A stretch of DNA of 62,418 bases, filler included, from Choristocarpus tenellus KU-1152 (Eukaryota; Protista; Phaeophyceae), in assembly GCA_964200185.2 (NCBI GenBank). It is 9 parts of 9 records of this genome, joined end to end, with 100 filler letters (N's around TTAATTAATTAA, not from the genome) between each part and the next. Parts side by side here need not be neighbours in the genome. Positions count along the whole stretch, not along the records: positions 20,689 to 25,632 come from CAXNAD020012435.1; positions 25,733 to 29,492 come from CAXNAD020018093.1; positions 29,593 to 34,087 come from CAXNAD020014299.1; positions 34,188 to 40,534 come from CAXNAD020008337.1; 5 more parts are not named here. One strand, written 5' to 3'. Below the pieces are notes generated by a model that saw nothing but the letters and a program-made list of their open reading frames with translations, was not told the origin of the DNA and did no database searches. A program made the translations under genes and the position numbers. Shown here piece by piece: positions 24,640 through 36,857 of this stretch (position 1 is its first letter; every line of letters starts with the position of its first letter).

Positions 24640-25632
24640 AGTGCTTTAATTTGTTGATGTAAGCTTCAGATTGACTAGTGTCACAGTTGCCGATTTTGAT
24701 CTGTTGACTTTCTCCGTAATAAGCTTGATTAGGCATGTGCTGGCCTCTTCAAGCACCTCTCTCAATGTTGTTGATCACTTCAGCTCATTTAAAACATTGA
24801 GGAAACTAATGATATGCTGGAGAGAGTTGTGCTGAATCTTTGATGAAGGGAATACTTGGAGTCATATCAATGCTGAGGGTGATCTCAGAACTGATTTAGG
24901 AGTGATTAGTGTGGGGGCTACCACTTTGACTTACGTAATCTGTTGCACTGTGTTGGAGTAGAAGAGAGGGAGATGTTTTCAACAACTGAGGTGCAACCCC
25001 ACCTGACTGCAAGTCACAAAAACCCACTCCTATAATGGGTGGGTTGTATGTATTGCTGTTTGCATCAGTTCTGCTTGCAGCAGCTCTTCCATCTGGATGT
25101 GATTGGGAGTGGTGAGACGGGAGTTGCATTATGCTGTTGAAAACTTGTGCAAAACTCCCTTGTTAAATTACTGTATTGGTGTAGAACTGTTGATTGCACC
25201 AGTACATGTCGTGGGTCATTTTGAAAACAATGTTGTGTTAGGTGCAGTTGTGTGGATTATGTGTGTTTTCTTGTTAATAAGGTATTGCTTGATGTTCCTT
25301 GTTCGGCATCGAGTTTTCCTTGTGCCTTTGTCTCCTCTACAGTGGTTATGTGAGGAAGCATCTGATCAATGAGGTCCACTTGTACCAAACCAAGGGAAAA
25401 CTTGGTACAATAGGGGTTTTTGTGTTGCCGACCCTTTAAGCTAGAATAAGATTACAGCAATATTGGGTACACAATAGAAACTACTGGAGTGCCAGATAAA
25501 ATGGCACTTGCAGAACACTTTGTGGTGGAACAGATTTTTGAGATAAATCAGTTCATTCTGCATCGTGGAATATGCACTTTGGATCTGGTATTGCTTGTTG
25601 AAAGAGTGTTTATGCAAGGGTCAGGGAGGGTG

Positions 25633-25732
25633 NNNNNNNNNNNNNNNNNNNNNNNNNNNNNNNNNNNNNNNNNNNNTTAATTAATTAANNNNNNNNNNNN
25701 NNNNNNNNNNNNNNNNNNNNNNNNNNNNNNNN
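25633..25732. other. Artificial contig linker
   Basis: N44-TTAATTAATTAA-N44. Confidence 0.99.
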
Positions 25733-25762
25733 CCCCCATCCCCTTCTATCAATGCTGAACAG

Positions 25763-27003
25763 CTCCGTGGACACATTGCCTCAAGCGCATCGCTATGCTG
25801 TGCGGGATGTAGACTACAACCCAAACAAGCCCTTCTCCATGGTGACAGGTGGGGAAGACAGACTCATCAAGTTTTGGGACCTACGGAAACTGAAGTCGCC
25901 GGTGAAGACCATACTTGGACATGAACACTGGTACGGAAAAAGAAAAGAAAAAAAAAAGGATCACCTGTCTATTTTGCTTCTGAGGTGTGCAAAGTTCCTG
26001 TCGTAGGGGTCCCTTGTCGTCTGTTGGGGAATTTTTCCGATCTCACATCTCAGCTATGAAAATCCGATACAAGCCTGTTGCTTGGAACGAGGTTAGTTCT
26101 GAAGGATAGAAGTCAATATCCACAGTGATTCGCTTGACCAGGAGTGACGGCGACAAGCCCCAAGAGGACTACCGATGCTTTTTTCCTACTGTTGTAGGTG
26201 ATGAACGGGACCCCTCCTTGCACTCTATGCTCACTTGAACAGTGACCACACCTATGACCTCCCCTGTACCTCATCATGGACGTTTCTAGCGATTCTTCGC
26301 CTCCCTACCTTCCTTGAAAACTTCTCCTAACACCGTTTGTTGCCAGTTGAGTTGCTGATCTCAACACTCGCATATGCGTTCAACTTTTGTTTGCTTTTTT
26401 TGCACTTTTTATGTACTTTTTATGCAAAGGGTTAGCACTGTGAAGTACAATCGGTTTCATGACCAGTTGCTCTTCAGCGGTAGCTCAGACTGCAAGGTTC
26501 ATCTGTGGAGAGTATCCTCTGTCTCATCTGCCCCACTGCTTGAGCCAGAGGAGGATCCCCAAAGCGGGGCAGATGGAAGTGGGGACTTTGGGGGCATTGC
26601 TGACGTGGGTAGAGGGGAAGCAGCAGACATTCGGGTATGGCACCATTTATTTACTACCCCATTCCTCTAGCTTTCCTGTAATTTGCGTGTGTATGTGTGT
26701 GTGTGTGTGTGTGTGTTGTCTCTTTAGACGTGTTCCTGTGTGGGGTTGTGGAATTTTCAAGGGCAGTAACAGGCCAGGCAACGCTTCGCTCCCATTGATC
26801 TTCAACCCACCCTATCCCTAACCCTAACCCTAACCCCAATTTCCTATTGCAACAAGGTTCGCACTTTCAATGAGCACGAAGAGAGTGTCAATTCTGTTGC
26901 TTGGAGTACATGCGACGCGTGGGTTCTGGCATCTCTGTCATTTGATGGCCGAGTTGTTCTCAACCATGTCCCTTCTTCGGAGAAGTACAAGATCCTTCTT
27001 TGA
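25763..27003 (+). CDS. EIPR1: EARP/GARP-interacting WD40 protein (TSSC1/DWA2 family), last three exons; 5' part missing
   Basis: Exons 25763-25930, 26430-26634, 26857-27003: AHRYAVRDVDYNPNKP...GHEHW|VSTVKYNRFHDQLLFSGSSD...|VRTFNEHEESVNSVAWSTCDAWVLASLSFDGRVVLNHVPSSEKYKILL*. Confidence 0.92.
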
Positions 27004-27591
27004 AATGGAACAAAACGTCTGTGTGCAACCACCGGCCGGCCCCTTGAAACATGTTGTGGCTTTTATCCTTTTCCTCACTGTACTCTAGCTCTCCATTGTT
27101 TATTTTTTGTTGACTGCCTTTATGACACGTGCACATACTTTGACTGTAGTGCGAGCCTTAGATGGCAAGAAGATGGTGGTGGTGTTGTTCAGGCACAGGC
27201 ATTTCGTAAGAAAGACTTCTTTGAGGGGGTTGTGTGTGTAGCCGCCCAGTTTATGCTGCTGCTGTGTGATGAGGGTGGATGCTGTGATATTGAAACTGGG
27301 CTATACTGTTTGTGGTGTGATTTACCTTGGAAAGAAGGCAACACCATCCTCTTTCTCGTGCCCATCTGCTTCACTGTAAAATGTCCACCTCAAAATTACA
27401 AAGGCAGGGGGAAGGGATGTCTACATCGATGTCTCTCCTACAGAAAGCAGCTGTGACCATCGCAATGCAATTGTGTTATTCAAGTAGCAAAATATGCCCG
27501 TCTCTATTCTGAGTTGCATCTGTTGTTGAGGCATTCATTATCCACATCCAAGTAGGCTTAATATTTTGGGCAGTCACCGCCTGGGCCCTGT

Positions 27592-27627
<36 letters not shown>

Positions 27628-28218
27628 AGGTTCCACCACACCCCTTATCTCTGCCTGCCTTAGTACAAAAGAGTCTCCTTTAATAGATGTTGTCGGGCAA
27701 GATGGACAGACAACACGACAGGGAAATAGATGCGCACATTCACGTAGGTGCATTGTTGGCACACCAGGCAAGAGGATCAACTTGGCTCTTCTGTGGTGTG
27801 GGTATAGGCACACACTGCGAGGGATCATATGTAGACTGGGGGTTGAAATTATAGGTATACCCAGTCAGGCTGAGGCTGACTGGAACTTTTTATTACCCAG
27901 AGTACCCAATTGTATAATTGTCAGCATTGGTAGAACAGTATGACTTTGACAGAAACCGATTGCACTATGAAGTATAGAAAATATACCGTCAGCAGTGTAT
28001 GTGTAAATTGACGAAATACTTTATAACTTCGTACTGTTCCGTCGATCCCCCAGTATCTCGTTGGCGCAAATCTCCGATTTGACCTCAAAATCGTCGGCCC
28101 AAACATTTTTTGACCACCTTTATCGTATGTATCTATTATTATTATTATACCTTTATGCTTGACTGTGGTGTGGCGACTATCCTAGCCTGTACTCAGAGAC
28201 ACTACATGCTGCAACACT

Positions 28219-29340
28219 TGTCACGATTACTACTGGAACTACCTGTTTTGCAACGACTAGTTGCGTTGCCTTTGGTCTATACCTTGCTTCTCGTATGTTG
28301 AGTTCAGCCATCCCACTGCTCACTGCTCTGCCGCCTCCCTGGATTCTTGTGATGAACCTGACTCAGCAATCAGCAATGAAGCTTTCCCACAAGCTTTGTA
28401 GGGTTTCCTGCAGTTTTGTCGTGTAGCAATTGGTGGGATAGTACAGAAGTAAAATCCCTAGTGCTTACTGCGTGGACTTTGGATATAGAAACCGTTTTTC
28501 CTTGAAATTGGGTCTGGCGTTTGAAGGGCAACAAGTCTACGAAATTAATGCAGAGAGCACTGTCCATTCGACCACTGAACTACGAGGGCACTCAGGTCCT
28601 ACTAAGTGTGTAGGTTTTGGCTCTGCCTCTTGTGGCTACATTGAGTTTTGCTCTCTCATTTTTCTTCATTACAGTAGTTTTGATTGTTGCTCTCTTGGTC
28701 ATTATATGTGTGAAGAATCGTATTGTTAGATATACTATACTACAACTACAGTCGTGAATTCGCGATAGTTCCATCGAGTTCAGTTCAAATAATCTGAATA
28801 ACCAAACTAAAGTTAAGTGGGGAAAGTTATCACAAAACATCCAGGATTGCGGTAACTGGAGGTATCAGGGGTCACCTATTACTCATCACAAGGTGTCACT
28901 ACCCAGAACTCACTACACATTTCACTACCTATAGGTTTGGATCTGCCTGCTGAGAACTGTGGATGTTTTCGGCACAACGCGCACGTTGCCTTGTGCGCCG
29001 AAAGTTCAATCGGATTAATTTTTTTCTCTACTACTATACAATTTATACGTAGTTGTAAATCTTCTCGATTAAACACTAACTACAACATTAATAATAAGAG
29101 AGGTTAAATATAATACTTATTAATATCATATTATTATGCCGTCTGACATTTTGGGTGTCGAGAAAAAACAATGAAAAGTCTGTCCAATAATATCATAAGA
29201 ACTCCTGTTGTAAAAGTAACAGTTGTCGTAAGTGTGAAAAATCATAGCATACATAATAAGTACATAGATAGTAGTAGTGTACATTGTTTTATCCTCTGAC
29301 ATTTTTCGGTAGTATTTGTCTTTAGCATTACTGTTGTACG
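28219..29340 (+). mobile_element. Gypsy-like 5' LTR, PBS and decayed gag start
   Basis: TGTCACG start at 28219; ...ggtaac followed by tggaggtatcagggg (28857), resembling a tRNA-Ala-type PBS; downstream GCF(R)H/GT gag-like remnant. Confidence 0.45.
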
Positions 29341-29345
29341 GTAGA

Positions 29346-29492
29346 AACAACCGATTTCAATAATTGAGGATGGAGCTTTTCATTGAGGATAGACTTGACC
29401 CAAAATTGACTGGGATAAAGTGTCGATATATATTATTTTTAAATGACAATACAAAAAAAAACGTATCGACACTTTATCCCAGTCAATTTTGG
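29346..29492. repeat. Palindromic fold-back element (perfect 29-bp inverted repeat), truncated at contig end
   Basis: ccaaaattgactgggataaagtgtcgata (29400-29428) / tatcgacactttatcccagtcaattttgg (29464-29492). Confidence 0.92.
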
Positions 29493-29592
29493 NNNNNNNN
29501 NNNNNNNNNNNNNNNNNNNNNNNNNNNNNNNNNNNNTTAATTAATTAANNNNNNNNNNNNNNNNNNNNNNNNNNNNNNNNNNNNNNNNNNNN
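29493..29592. other. Artificial contig linker
   Basis: N44-TTAATTAATTAA-N44. Confidence 0.99.
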
Positions 29593-29612
29593 CCCCCCAG
29601 ATACTTTGAGCC
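29593..29612 (+). mobile_element. MITE family A terminus at contig start
   Basis: ccccccagatactttgagcc. Confidence 0.8.
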
Positions 29613-29719
29613 AAATGATAGAGGCTGGGGAGTGAAGATCAAGGGGTTGCACCCACAGATACTAAGATATTAATGTAGAGTATTTTAAGAGTTCTGTGCA
29701 GCTCTACTAATCTTGTGAG

Positions 29720-29965
29720 TAATAACGAACCAAATCAATTGAGAGGTAAGCAGGGTTACATTTTAAAATCCCGCGAAAGGGGGAAAAAATGGCATATTCA
29801 ACCATTGTAGAAATAATATTTTGCTGAATTGTGGCGTCACTATATGTGTGGAAAGGGGGAATATCGATTTTGCGTACATTCTTTCCCACATAAAGCAATG
29901 AAATATAGACCGTATTTGCACAGGGTAAGAAACATGACTCAGAACACAAGAGTCCAAATCTGCCT
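29720..29965 (-). repeat. Dispersed repeat family C (unclassified)
   Basis: Reverse complement aligns with 43885-44125 (tattccccctttccacaca, atttcattgctttatg, ctcaatt.atttgg.tc). Confidence 0.75.
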
Positions 29966-31399
29966 ACCTCTCGGTTGGTTGAGATCCTTGTTTGTGATTA
30001 GTCAACGCAGCATACAAGCAACCTACCTAGTGTGGCAATCATACATACCTTGCGAATCTTCATATTTCAGAGAGCCTGATCCTTTTGAACTGACTCTTCC
30101 TAAACACTACGACAAAAGCAAGTTGACGGCTGAATATTATTGATAATAATAGGTACCCAACAAGACGTCCTTGTTATATACGTTCGCTTTTCCCGACTCA
30201 GCAACAGCATAATTTACCTACCTATGCACTGAGTCAAGAGCTAAGAAGATAACACCAAGACATAAATTGCACTGGAAACCCACTCGCTGTATTTCGTGAG
30301 CTCGTTGAGCAGTGCCAGGCTGATGGGTATGGGCCAAGAATCCACACAGATGGCAAACACCTTAGCAGTAACTCGTGTGGCTTTGTACATGACATATGAA
30401 AAAGGCCAGTTTGTGAGACTGAGTTCTTCTGGACGTTAATTTAGAAAATTAATCCTGCACGGCAATAACCGAAGTAAGTGTTCCTGTTAGTAGATGAACA
30501 GGCCTAGGAATGCTGCCAAGTTTGATCAGGAAGAGAAAAAGGTTGTTAGGAGTCCTTAGTCTGGAGAAGACTATGTTAAGCAAAACTTTACTCTGTAGCT
30601 GTGCATTGTGTATGAATAACAAGAGAAGGACGACGCAGAAAAATCTCATTAAAGATTTGTCTCACCCATCACATTTTTCCATAATACTTGTCTAGTTGAG
30701 CTAAATCAATTGGTGTGTACTCTTGCAAACTACCTGATGTCAGGCGTGTTTGTGATCTGTTTATCAAAGAGAAGTTGGTACTGTGCGGGTGTCTTGAATA
30801 AAAGCATAGTCCTAAATACATGTGCAGTCAGATCGTCAGGTGTCTTATCTTTCATGAGGAGGAGAACATTTACAGTGTATAAAACTCTCTTATCCAATAA
30901 TGGATCAGTATCAATCTGACACACAATGTAGTTCAGACAGTAAAGAGTGTTGACTCCATTGTTTGAAATATGTGCTGCTATATACTGGGGTGTCTTTGTC
31001 TACATTTACACACAATTCTGCCTATAAAATACCGCTCTATCTATAGTACATACCGACGACAATCATACAACTGAGGATTACTGTGTAAATGAAAGTATAT
31101 TTCTTACACCACCTCTGCGAGAGTCATCTTCCAACTAAGGTATATAACTCTAAGGTAACCTATCTTGAAGAACCTGTTATTCGTATGGCATTTGTGTTTG
31201 CATATTGAAGGTAACATCTGCTTGAAGTAAATAGTGGGTGGTTTGAGGGGACCTTACAAACCCCCCTCATTCACTTTCCACTTGTTCACTCTTTCCTCAA
31301 TAATCTTTTGAGGGTTTGCTCTCCCTCTTGCCTTGTCGAGAACTGCAGCCCCACATCAGGCATATGAAATATATATCCAGATTGCCTTCATAAGTTAGA

Positions 31400-32902
31400 T
31401 GTAATTCAGAGTGACCGTGAACCTTTCAGCAGTTCAATGAATATCTTTCCAACTTTGGTCTACACCAAAACTTGTTCAGCACAAATTGATCCATTTTCTC
31501 TTCATTTGCGTATCTAGAAGCCACCAAATATTTCAATGCCTCTACCTCCTCGTGAATCAAGTTATAGCATGTCATACTTATATGTTTAATGCTGACACTA
31601 ACTTGCTTCGCCGGTCATATATCCCAGGGAACATACTTAAGTATCGTGCTTTCGTGGTCAATTAGCGGAGTTCAAAAGAATTGCAATCTCTGATCTTACA
31701 TGCTTGTCCCAATCATCCTGCTTCAGGAGGTCAATTCTGTCTTTCTCATACCCTTGACAGGGTACAAGACCAGTATTGGTGACCCATGTTTCAAAAGGAT
31801 GTTAGAGAATGGTGTGAGAGATGTCAACTTTGCCAAAGACGAAAAACCTCTCACAGACGTCCTGTACTGCCCCAAGGACAAACTCCTGCTACCCGACCAT
31901 TCGAACGGATTGTTATTGATCTTGTACACGAGATGACCATTTCCCGTGAATGCCAACATGTTCTTTCAGCTATCTGCCAAATCTTTGTTGGAAATAATAT
32001 TTTCAATATTTTGGGGACGTGAAATTCTTCACTCTGACCAAGGTTCAGAATTTGAAAAAGAACTTGTTCTGGGATTACAAAACAGTGTTTGGGTACACTA
32101 TAAAACTCGTATCACACCTTACAGACGACAGGGTAACTCTGTTTTAGAGCGTATCCATTCTACTCTGCATCAAACATTATTCATGTACAGTAACATAGCA
32201 GAGAATAATTGGGTGACTGTTCTTCTATTCCTTCAATTGGCTCACAATACGGCTCACAATAGCACATTACAAGAAACACCCTTTTTCCTGCTTTTTGAAC
32301 CCCGCCTAAATTACCGATAGATGCCATTTTTAACCTATCCAAAACAATAGTTCCCCGATCTAGTCAAGAGTTGACACAATCAACAGCTGAGAATTTTCAG
32401 TTAGCTATTTGATTAGCCTATCCCAATCTGGGAGAACGGAACGCAAAAAATTGGCTACCGATGAAACTATTGTTTTCCCGTGTTTCAAGTTGGAGCTGAA
32501 GTTTTGGTGCATCGTCCATATACTAACCGTGATGGACCTAATCCAAAATTGATTCACCACTGGCGTGGACCCTTCATGGTGACTGCCAAGATATCCCCTG
32601 TAGTTAACTGTGTCCAAAAATAAGGTGACATCAAAGATATTTCTGTGCACTTAGCCCACTTGAAACCTTACATTCCAAACACACAACCACCTCAACCTGA
32701 TTTTACGAAGCTCAATGATATTTTTCGTGACCGTACTTTACCCTTACCATATCTTGATGACTTTGAATCCCCAGTAACCATTGGTCCTTATATTATTGAA
32801 GCCATTGTGAGACACAAGTTTGGCCGTGGACCTCGTTCACCTATGAACATAGAATATAGATCACGCCTTAAAGGTTATGATCGTGCTTCTGATGATTTCT
32901 AT
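31400..32902 (+). pseudogene. Chromoviral Ty3/Gypsy integrase and chromodomain pseudogene
   Basis: DVREWCERCQLCQRRK...RPFERIVIDLV; LHSDQGSEF...TPYRRQGNSVLERIH...LAHNTAHNSTLQETPFFLLF; PKLIHHWRGPF; YIIEAIVRHK...YRSRLKGY. Confidence 0.92.
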
Positions 32903-33366
32903 TGTCCACGTGATTTGGACCCAAAGTATCCGATCATTTTTCCACTGGAGACTACAATAGGACGGTAGATATGAGGTAGCATCTGTGTTCCAGTGACCTG
33001 CAGTAGTGGTGTACTAGGGGGGTTTCTTGATTGTAGGAGACGCTACATGTATTGCTAAGAACCCTGCCATTTCATGGTCCGTGGGAGACGCGATATGGTA
33101 TTGCTAAGGATCTGCAGGAGAAAGTATCCAAGAATGTTTCCACTTGAGACTGCAATAGGACAGATGGGTGGCTTTTTTAATGACCCCAGACCGATATTGA
33201 TACTAACTACTGTTTTCCTATTTATTGCTGCATGTAATGATGTACTAGGGAGGATTTTGTTGATTGTGGGACAATAAACTCAAGAATGTTTACACAGAGA
33301 CTGCAATAGAACGGTAGTAGATGAATGACTGATATTTTTGGGACCTACACAGACCCCACGTCAACA
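32903..33366. mobile_element. LTR-like insertion with internal triplicated motif, truncating the chromodomain
   Basis: TGTCCACGTG...CACGTCAACA imperfect inverted ends; the motif (aag)aatgtttccactngagactgcaatagracrg occurs three times (~32925, 33121, 33278); no clear TSD. Confidence 0.5.
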
Positions 33367-33474
33367 TAGAAGATAGGGCATGTTTGTGGTATTGTTTTTG
33401 CGAAAGCTAGCAGAAGTTTGTTTTCCTCTAGCTTGGGAGAAGTAGATTTTGAGGGGGTATAGTGTCTACGCAGC

Positions 33475-33664
33475 AAGGGAGAGTGTTCGTGGGTAGTGCA
33501 GCTGATACACTATAGACACCACCTGTGGAGTAGATAATAGTATGTAGTCAGTCGAATCGACACTATATGTCTCTTGTAACATTGATACTGTATATCTACA
33601 CCAAGCCATTTATTGTCCTCTATCAAGGCACACAACCACGGGTCCAGTGTGGAATATTTCAACA
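33475..33664 (+). mobile_element. PPT and short LTR related to the solo LTR at 12988-13360
   Basis: aagggagag|TGTTCGT...TTCAACA; shares gtagtgc.gctgatacactatagacacc and ccagtgtggaatattt with the solo LTR. Confidence 0.8.
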
Positions 33665-33761
33665 ATAGGTTCTAACACTATGCTATCTCTACATCAATAC
33701 TAGGGTTCTGAAGGTAGTGGATGTATCGTAGGGGCTATTTATGAGGCCTTGAAAAACTCGC

Positions 33762-33908
33762 CTGATGCTGTCATCACCAAAAGATGCTAAGAGGACATCT
33801 GTGTCCTCATCACCGTCCAGGTCTACTGCAACAACTGTCCCTGCGTTTGTGGCTTCTGATGTAATAAGAGTGAAGGTCGAGAAATCAATGTTGTTATTCT
33901 CATACCAC
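33762..33908 (-). CDS. Single 147-bp symmetric exon encoding one FG-GAP/VCBS beta-propeller repeat
   Basis: cag|G TGG TAT GAG AAT...: WYENNNIDFSTFTLITSEATNAGTVVAVDLDGDEDTDVLLASFGDDSI-AG|gcgagt; DLDGDxDxD Ca-binding motif; phase 2 at both ends. Confidence 0.75.
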
Positions 33909-34017
33909 CTGGTTGAAATAATCATTGGGTCAACGATTGGAGTAAGGAAGATTGGTAAGTATGGAGAGCACAATGAAGCTGGAAATCATTCTTTTGCGAG
34001 AGGAATAACTTTCACAA

Positions 34018-34087
34018 GAGCCAAAGTATCTTAGAGGGTAGAGCCGCGTCCATTTGAGGGCCAAAATATATAGTTGCGATTTTGATG
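34018..34087 (+). mobile_element. MITE family B, left end at contig end
   Basis: gagccaaagtatcttagagggtagagccgcgtccatttg. Confidence 0.85.
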
Positions 34088-34187
34088 NNNNNNNNNNNNN
34101 NNNNNNNNNNNNNNNNNNNNNNNNNNNNNNNTTAATTAATTAANNNNNNNNNNNNNNNNNNNNNNNNNNNNNNNNNNNNNNNNNNNN
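34088..34187. other. Artificial contig linker
   Basis: N44-TTAATTAATTAA-N44. Confidence 0.99.
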
Positions 34188-34902
34188 TGGGGACTTGGAG
34201 TGGTGGAGTGCGGGGAGGGCGGCGGGGGGGGGCGGGGGGCGCTTGGGTCTGGAGGAAGAGACTGCAGTGCGCAGAAGATAAACTGTAAGGTAAAAGAGTC
34301 AGTCATTGCCCAAACAGATCTAGTCCACAATCAGGCACTTCCAATGTTCTTCTACACTTCTTGAAATGTTTGACCAAATTACAGTTCAAAAAAGGGCTTT
34401 CCAAAACTCTTGAAAGGGCATGATCCTCTTGAACAGGGGTATAACAAATGATAGTAGACGGGCGATGCCCATACATCAAATGCGACAGAGATTTGCTCCA
34501 GTTCACATCATGATAATAATAAAAATCACAGTGTGAATGAAAGCACTAGGAGTAGGGAGAGGTGAGAAATACTTCAGCTGAAAAAAATATTAAAAAGCAA
34601 GAAATACTAATTGTACAAACTCTACGTAGACCATTTACTACAACACAAATACATGTCAACTTAAAAAAAGTTATTTAATGTACCGAAACACTGCATCTTG
34701 ACAATAGGAACAGTGGCTACATATAATATTACAAAGCTGGAACATTTCGTTCTCTAGCTGTTAATACACCTGAGGTATGTATGTATGTGGCGTAAGCAGA
34801 GCAGTGTCCCCCTATGAACATCATACAACACTAGACCTACCCACAACACACCCTAACCCGAACACCCTGTGCCTTTTCACCTTCAAACGCATAGCAACTC
34901 AC

Positions 34903-36398
34903 CTTGTCCGTCTCAAGCACCACAACCACCTCATCCATATCCACATATTCCCCTGCTTTCTTGGTCCATTCTACCACAGTCCCCTCAGTGATTGAATCGC
35001 CCATCGAAGGCACGGGAATGATTGTCTCACCTCCTGTGAGTGGACCAAAGCATTTGTTTAGGTGGAGGTGTATGGGAAAGAGTGAGGGGGGTTTAAAATT
35101 AAAATAACCTATGCTAAGTAGTACTTGCTCCCTCTGCTCCCAAGCCCTTGACCTGATATAAAGCGTCCATTTGTTGAGAGCCCACCTGTCAAAGTGCCAA
35201 GATGTTGATTAAAGGTATGTAGAGACAATAATAGGTATAGTCATCCCTCTCCCCCCCCCGCACCACCCCTGCAAACCCTCAAAACTAGAGGAATACTACG
35301 TTACATGATCTACATTATTCCCAACTGTTGAATATATCAGATAGTACTCAACACTGTGTATCATTGTCCTAGCATCTGCTAAGGTAGAGGCTTCCCCACT
35401 TCAAAACCCCTCTCCCACAGCTGTGAAGGGAAGCTTACCAGATGAAAAATGCCTGGCAGACGACCATAAGGTGCCGCTTGGCCGGTAACATGCCCTGTCG
35501 GAGGCCCTCACCGTGCTGGTTACGACCCCCCTGATTTCGAAGGTAACACCATTGATAATCGGGCGGTCAGATTTGAGGTTAGGTTCATGTGATACAATAG
35601 GCCGGCTTTTACACGCATGTACGTCCATGATAGAGGGATAAGGAGAGAGAGAGAGAGAGAGAGAGAGGGCGAGGGGAGGGAGGGAGAGCGCCTACTCAAA
35701 ACAGTGTATGCATTTTTTGTCCTCCCTTGAAGGCAGCAAACTAAGATGTAGTGACAACACAGTCCCATCCCATCGAGAACGGCCCAGAACAAGAATGATA
35801 TATGATCAAGGAGCTCCTAAGTTATGATGACCTTAGATACGGTAGGGAATGCATCAAATGCATCTTGTGATTGACACCGATGAGATGAATGATCAGTAAA
35901 TAGGAATTAAGGACAACTTACCAAACCACTTGAAGCTTTACGATAGCGTCCTCCTAACGAATGTAAGCTATTCCGTTGATATCCCCTCTTTGCATGGGAA
36001 AACTCACCGGTTGAGGAGGTTCAAGCGGACAGGTAACACAGTGGACACGCCCGCAAAATGTCGACCTGCAGCCTTACATCCTTGCCGCACCTGATTGTTG
36101 GCCAGTTCGGAGCACCGGGAGTTGAAATGATGCGCAAAAACGGTAGATCGTATGAGAGGGGCAGAAAAATGCTGAACAGCAAGAATGCACGGTGTCTCGC
36201 GAAGTAATAGATGAGAGGCAAACAATCTCTTACTTCCTCTAACCAAACAGAAATTGATTTGTATACTCGTGAAACAACTTTTGCATTAGACTTAACAATA
36301 ACTGTGGGATCGATGCAAGTGTACAAAAGGAGGGCCAGCAATCTTAAAATTCCTTTATTGCAAAAGGTTACCAGTGTGACCCTCGCATGTCTCAACAT
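34903..36398 (-). CDS. DLST: Mitochondrial dihydrolipoamide succinyltransferase (OGDH E2), 5' exons; 3' part beyond the contig
   Basis: Exons 36398-36372, 36090-36008, 35530-35439, 35185-35153, 35033-34903 give an Arg-rich presequence (MLRHARVTLVRQGCKAAGRHF...ARHFSS) and the lipoyl domain VPSMGDSITEGTVVEWTKKAGEYVDMDEVVVVLETDK. The presequence exons are less certain than the lipoyl exon. Confidence 0.85.
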
Positions 36399-36857
36399 CT
36401 CTGGCCGCCTTCGATTCGAGTGAATAAGTACCCTCCACGATCCTAATATGCACCACCAACAGTCAGAATTCTTTCCTCCTTAGAGTCTGGATGCACGACA
36501 GAAGTTGTTGCAGGTTTTGCCGAAGTCTCGCCAAACCTTTGACACAATTTTCCGGTCCCAAATGACCTGTCTCCTCTCAGTGGAAGTTTCAGACTACACT
36601 TAACACTTTAACCTTACCCGAAATGTTATATATATGTATGCATCGATAACCGTCCATCCGCCCAACCAGCAAGTTGATGGTTTCGTTGATAGGTTGTAGG
36701 TTGTAGGTTGTAGTAGTAGTACCATACGTATTAGTGTTGCTGTGTGGAGACTTCTTGTTGCAGTGCATGTTGGTGAGGTACTGCCTGCCCTCGCAAATCC
36801 TGTAGTCCAGTTAGATACACTGAATGTGCGAGAAGTCAAATTCGTCGAGTTGCCAAG
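36399..36857. promoter_or_regulatory. Putative bidirectional promoter between DLST and NTT
   Basis: ~460 bp between divergent start codons; inferred from layout only. Confidence 0.45.
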
